From the NCBI RefSeq assembly GCF_009914755.1, contig NC_060928.1: a stretch of DNA of 64,000 nt. One strand, 5' to 3'. Below, piece by piece: positions 63,946-64,000 of the stretch (position 1 is the first letter of the stretch; every line of letters starts with the position of its first letter). The stretch is from the human T2T-CHM13v2.0 reference genome, Homo sapiens. The notes beneath the pieces were generated by a model. That model was not told where the DNA came from and made no database searches. It was given only the letters and a program-made list of their open reading frames with translations. A program made the translations under genes and the position numbers.

Positions 63946-64000
63946 CAATTTATTCAAAAGTGGATTTCATTTATGTATATTTCAACATGCTGACCTTTGG

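Overview
AT-rich, CpG-depleted primate genomic DNA, almost certainly human because it carries a near-consensus AluYa5. It looks like intergenic sequence or a large intron. I cannot recognise any protein-coding gene, tRNA, rRNA or CRISPR, and the supplied ORFs are explained by chance, microsatellites or Alu/LTR sequence. Much of the window is interspersed repeat: seven Alus plus one collapsed Alu remnant, L1 (L1MC4, L1PA13/16, L1ME, HAL1), L2, MIR, MaLR LTRs (MSTB, MLT1A0/H/J), an LTR47+ERVL internal fragment, and DNA transposons (Tigger2a, MER5, MER46C). Subfamily calls come from remembered consensus sequences and boundaries of old repeats are approximate. The most interesting non-repeat signals are (i) a set of well-formed minus-strand splice-site pairs that may be exons of a spliced non-coding or 5'UTR transcript and (ii) a CpG-retaining enhancer-like block with a duplicated SOX+K50-homeodomain composite motif. 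There are also several unusual transposon structures. The sequence alone does not establish a new biological system; these are leads to test.
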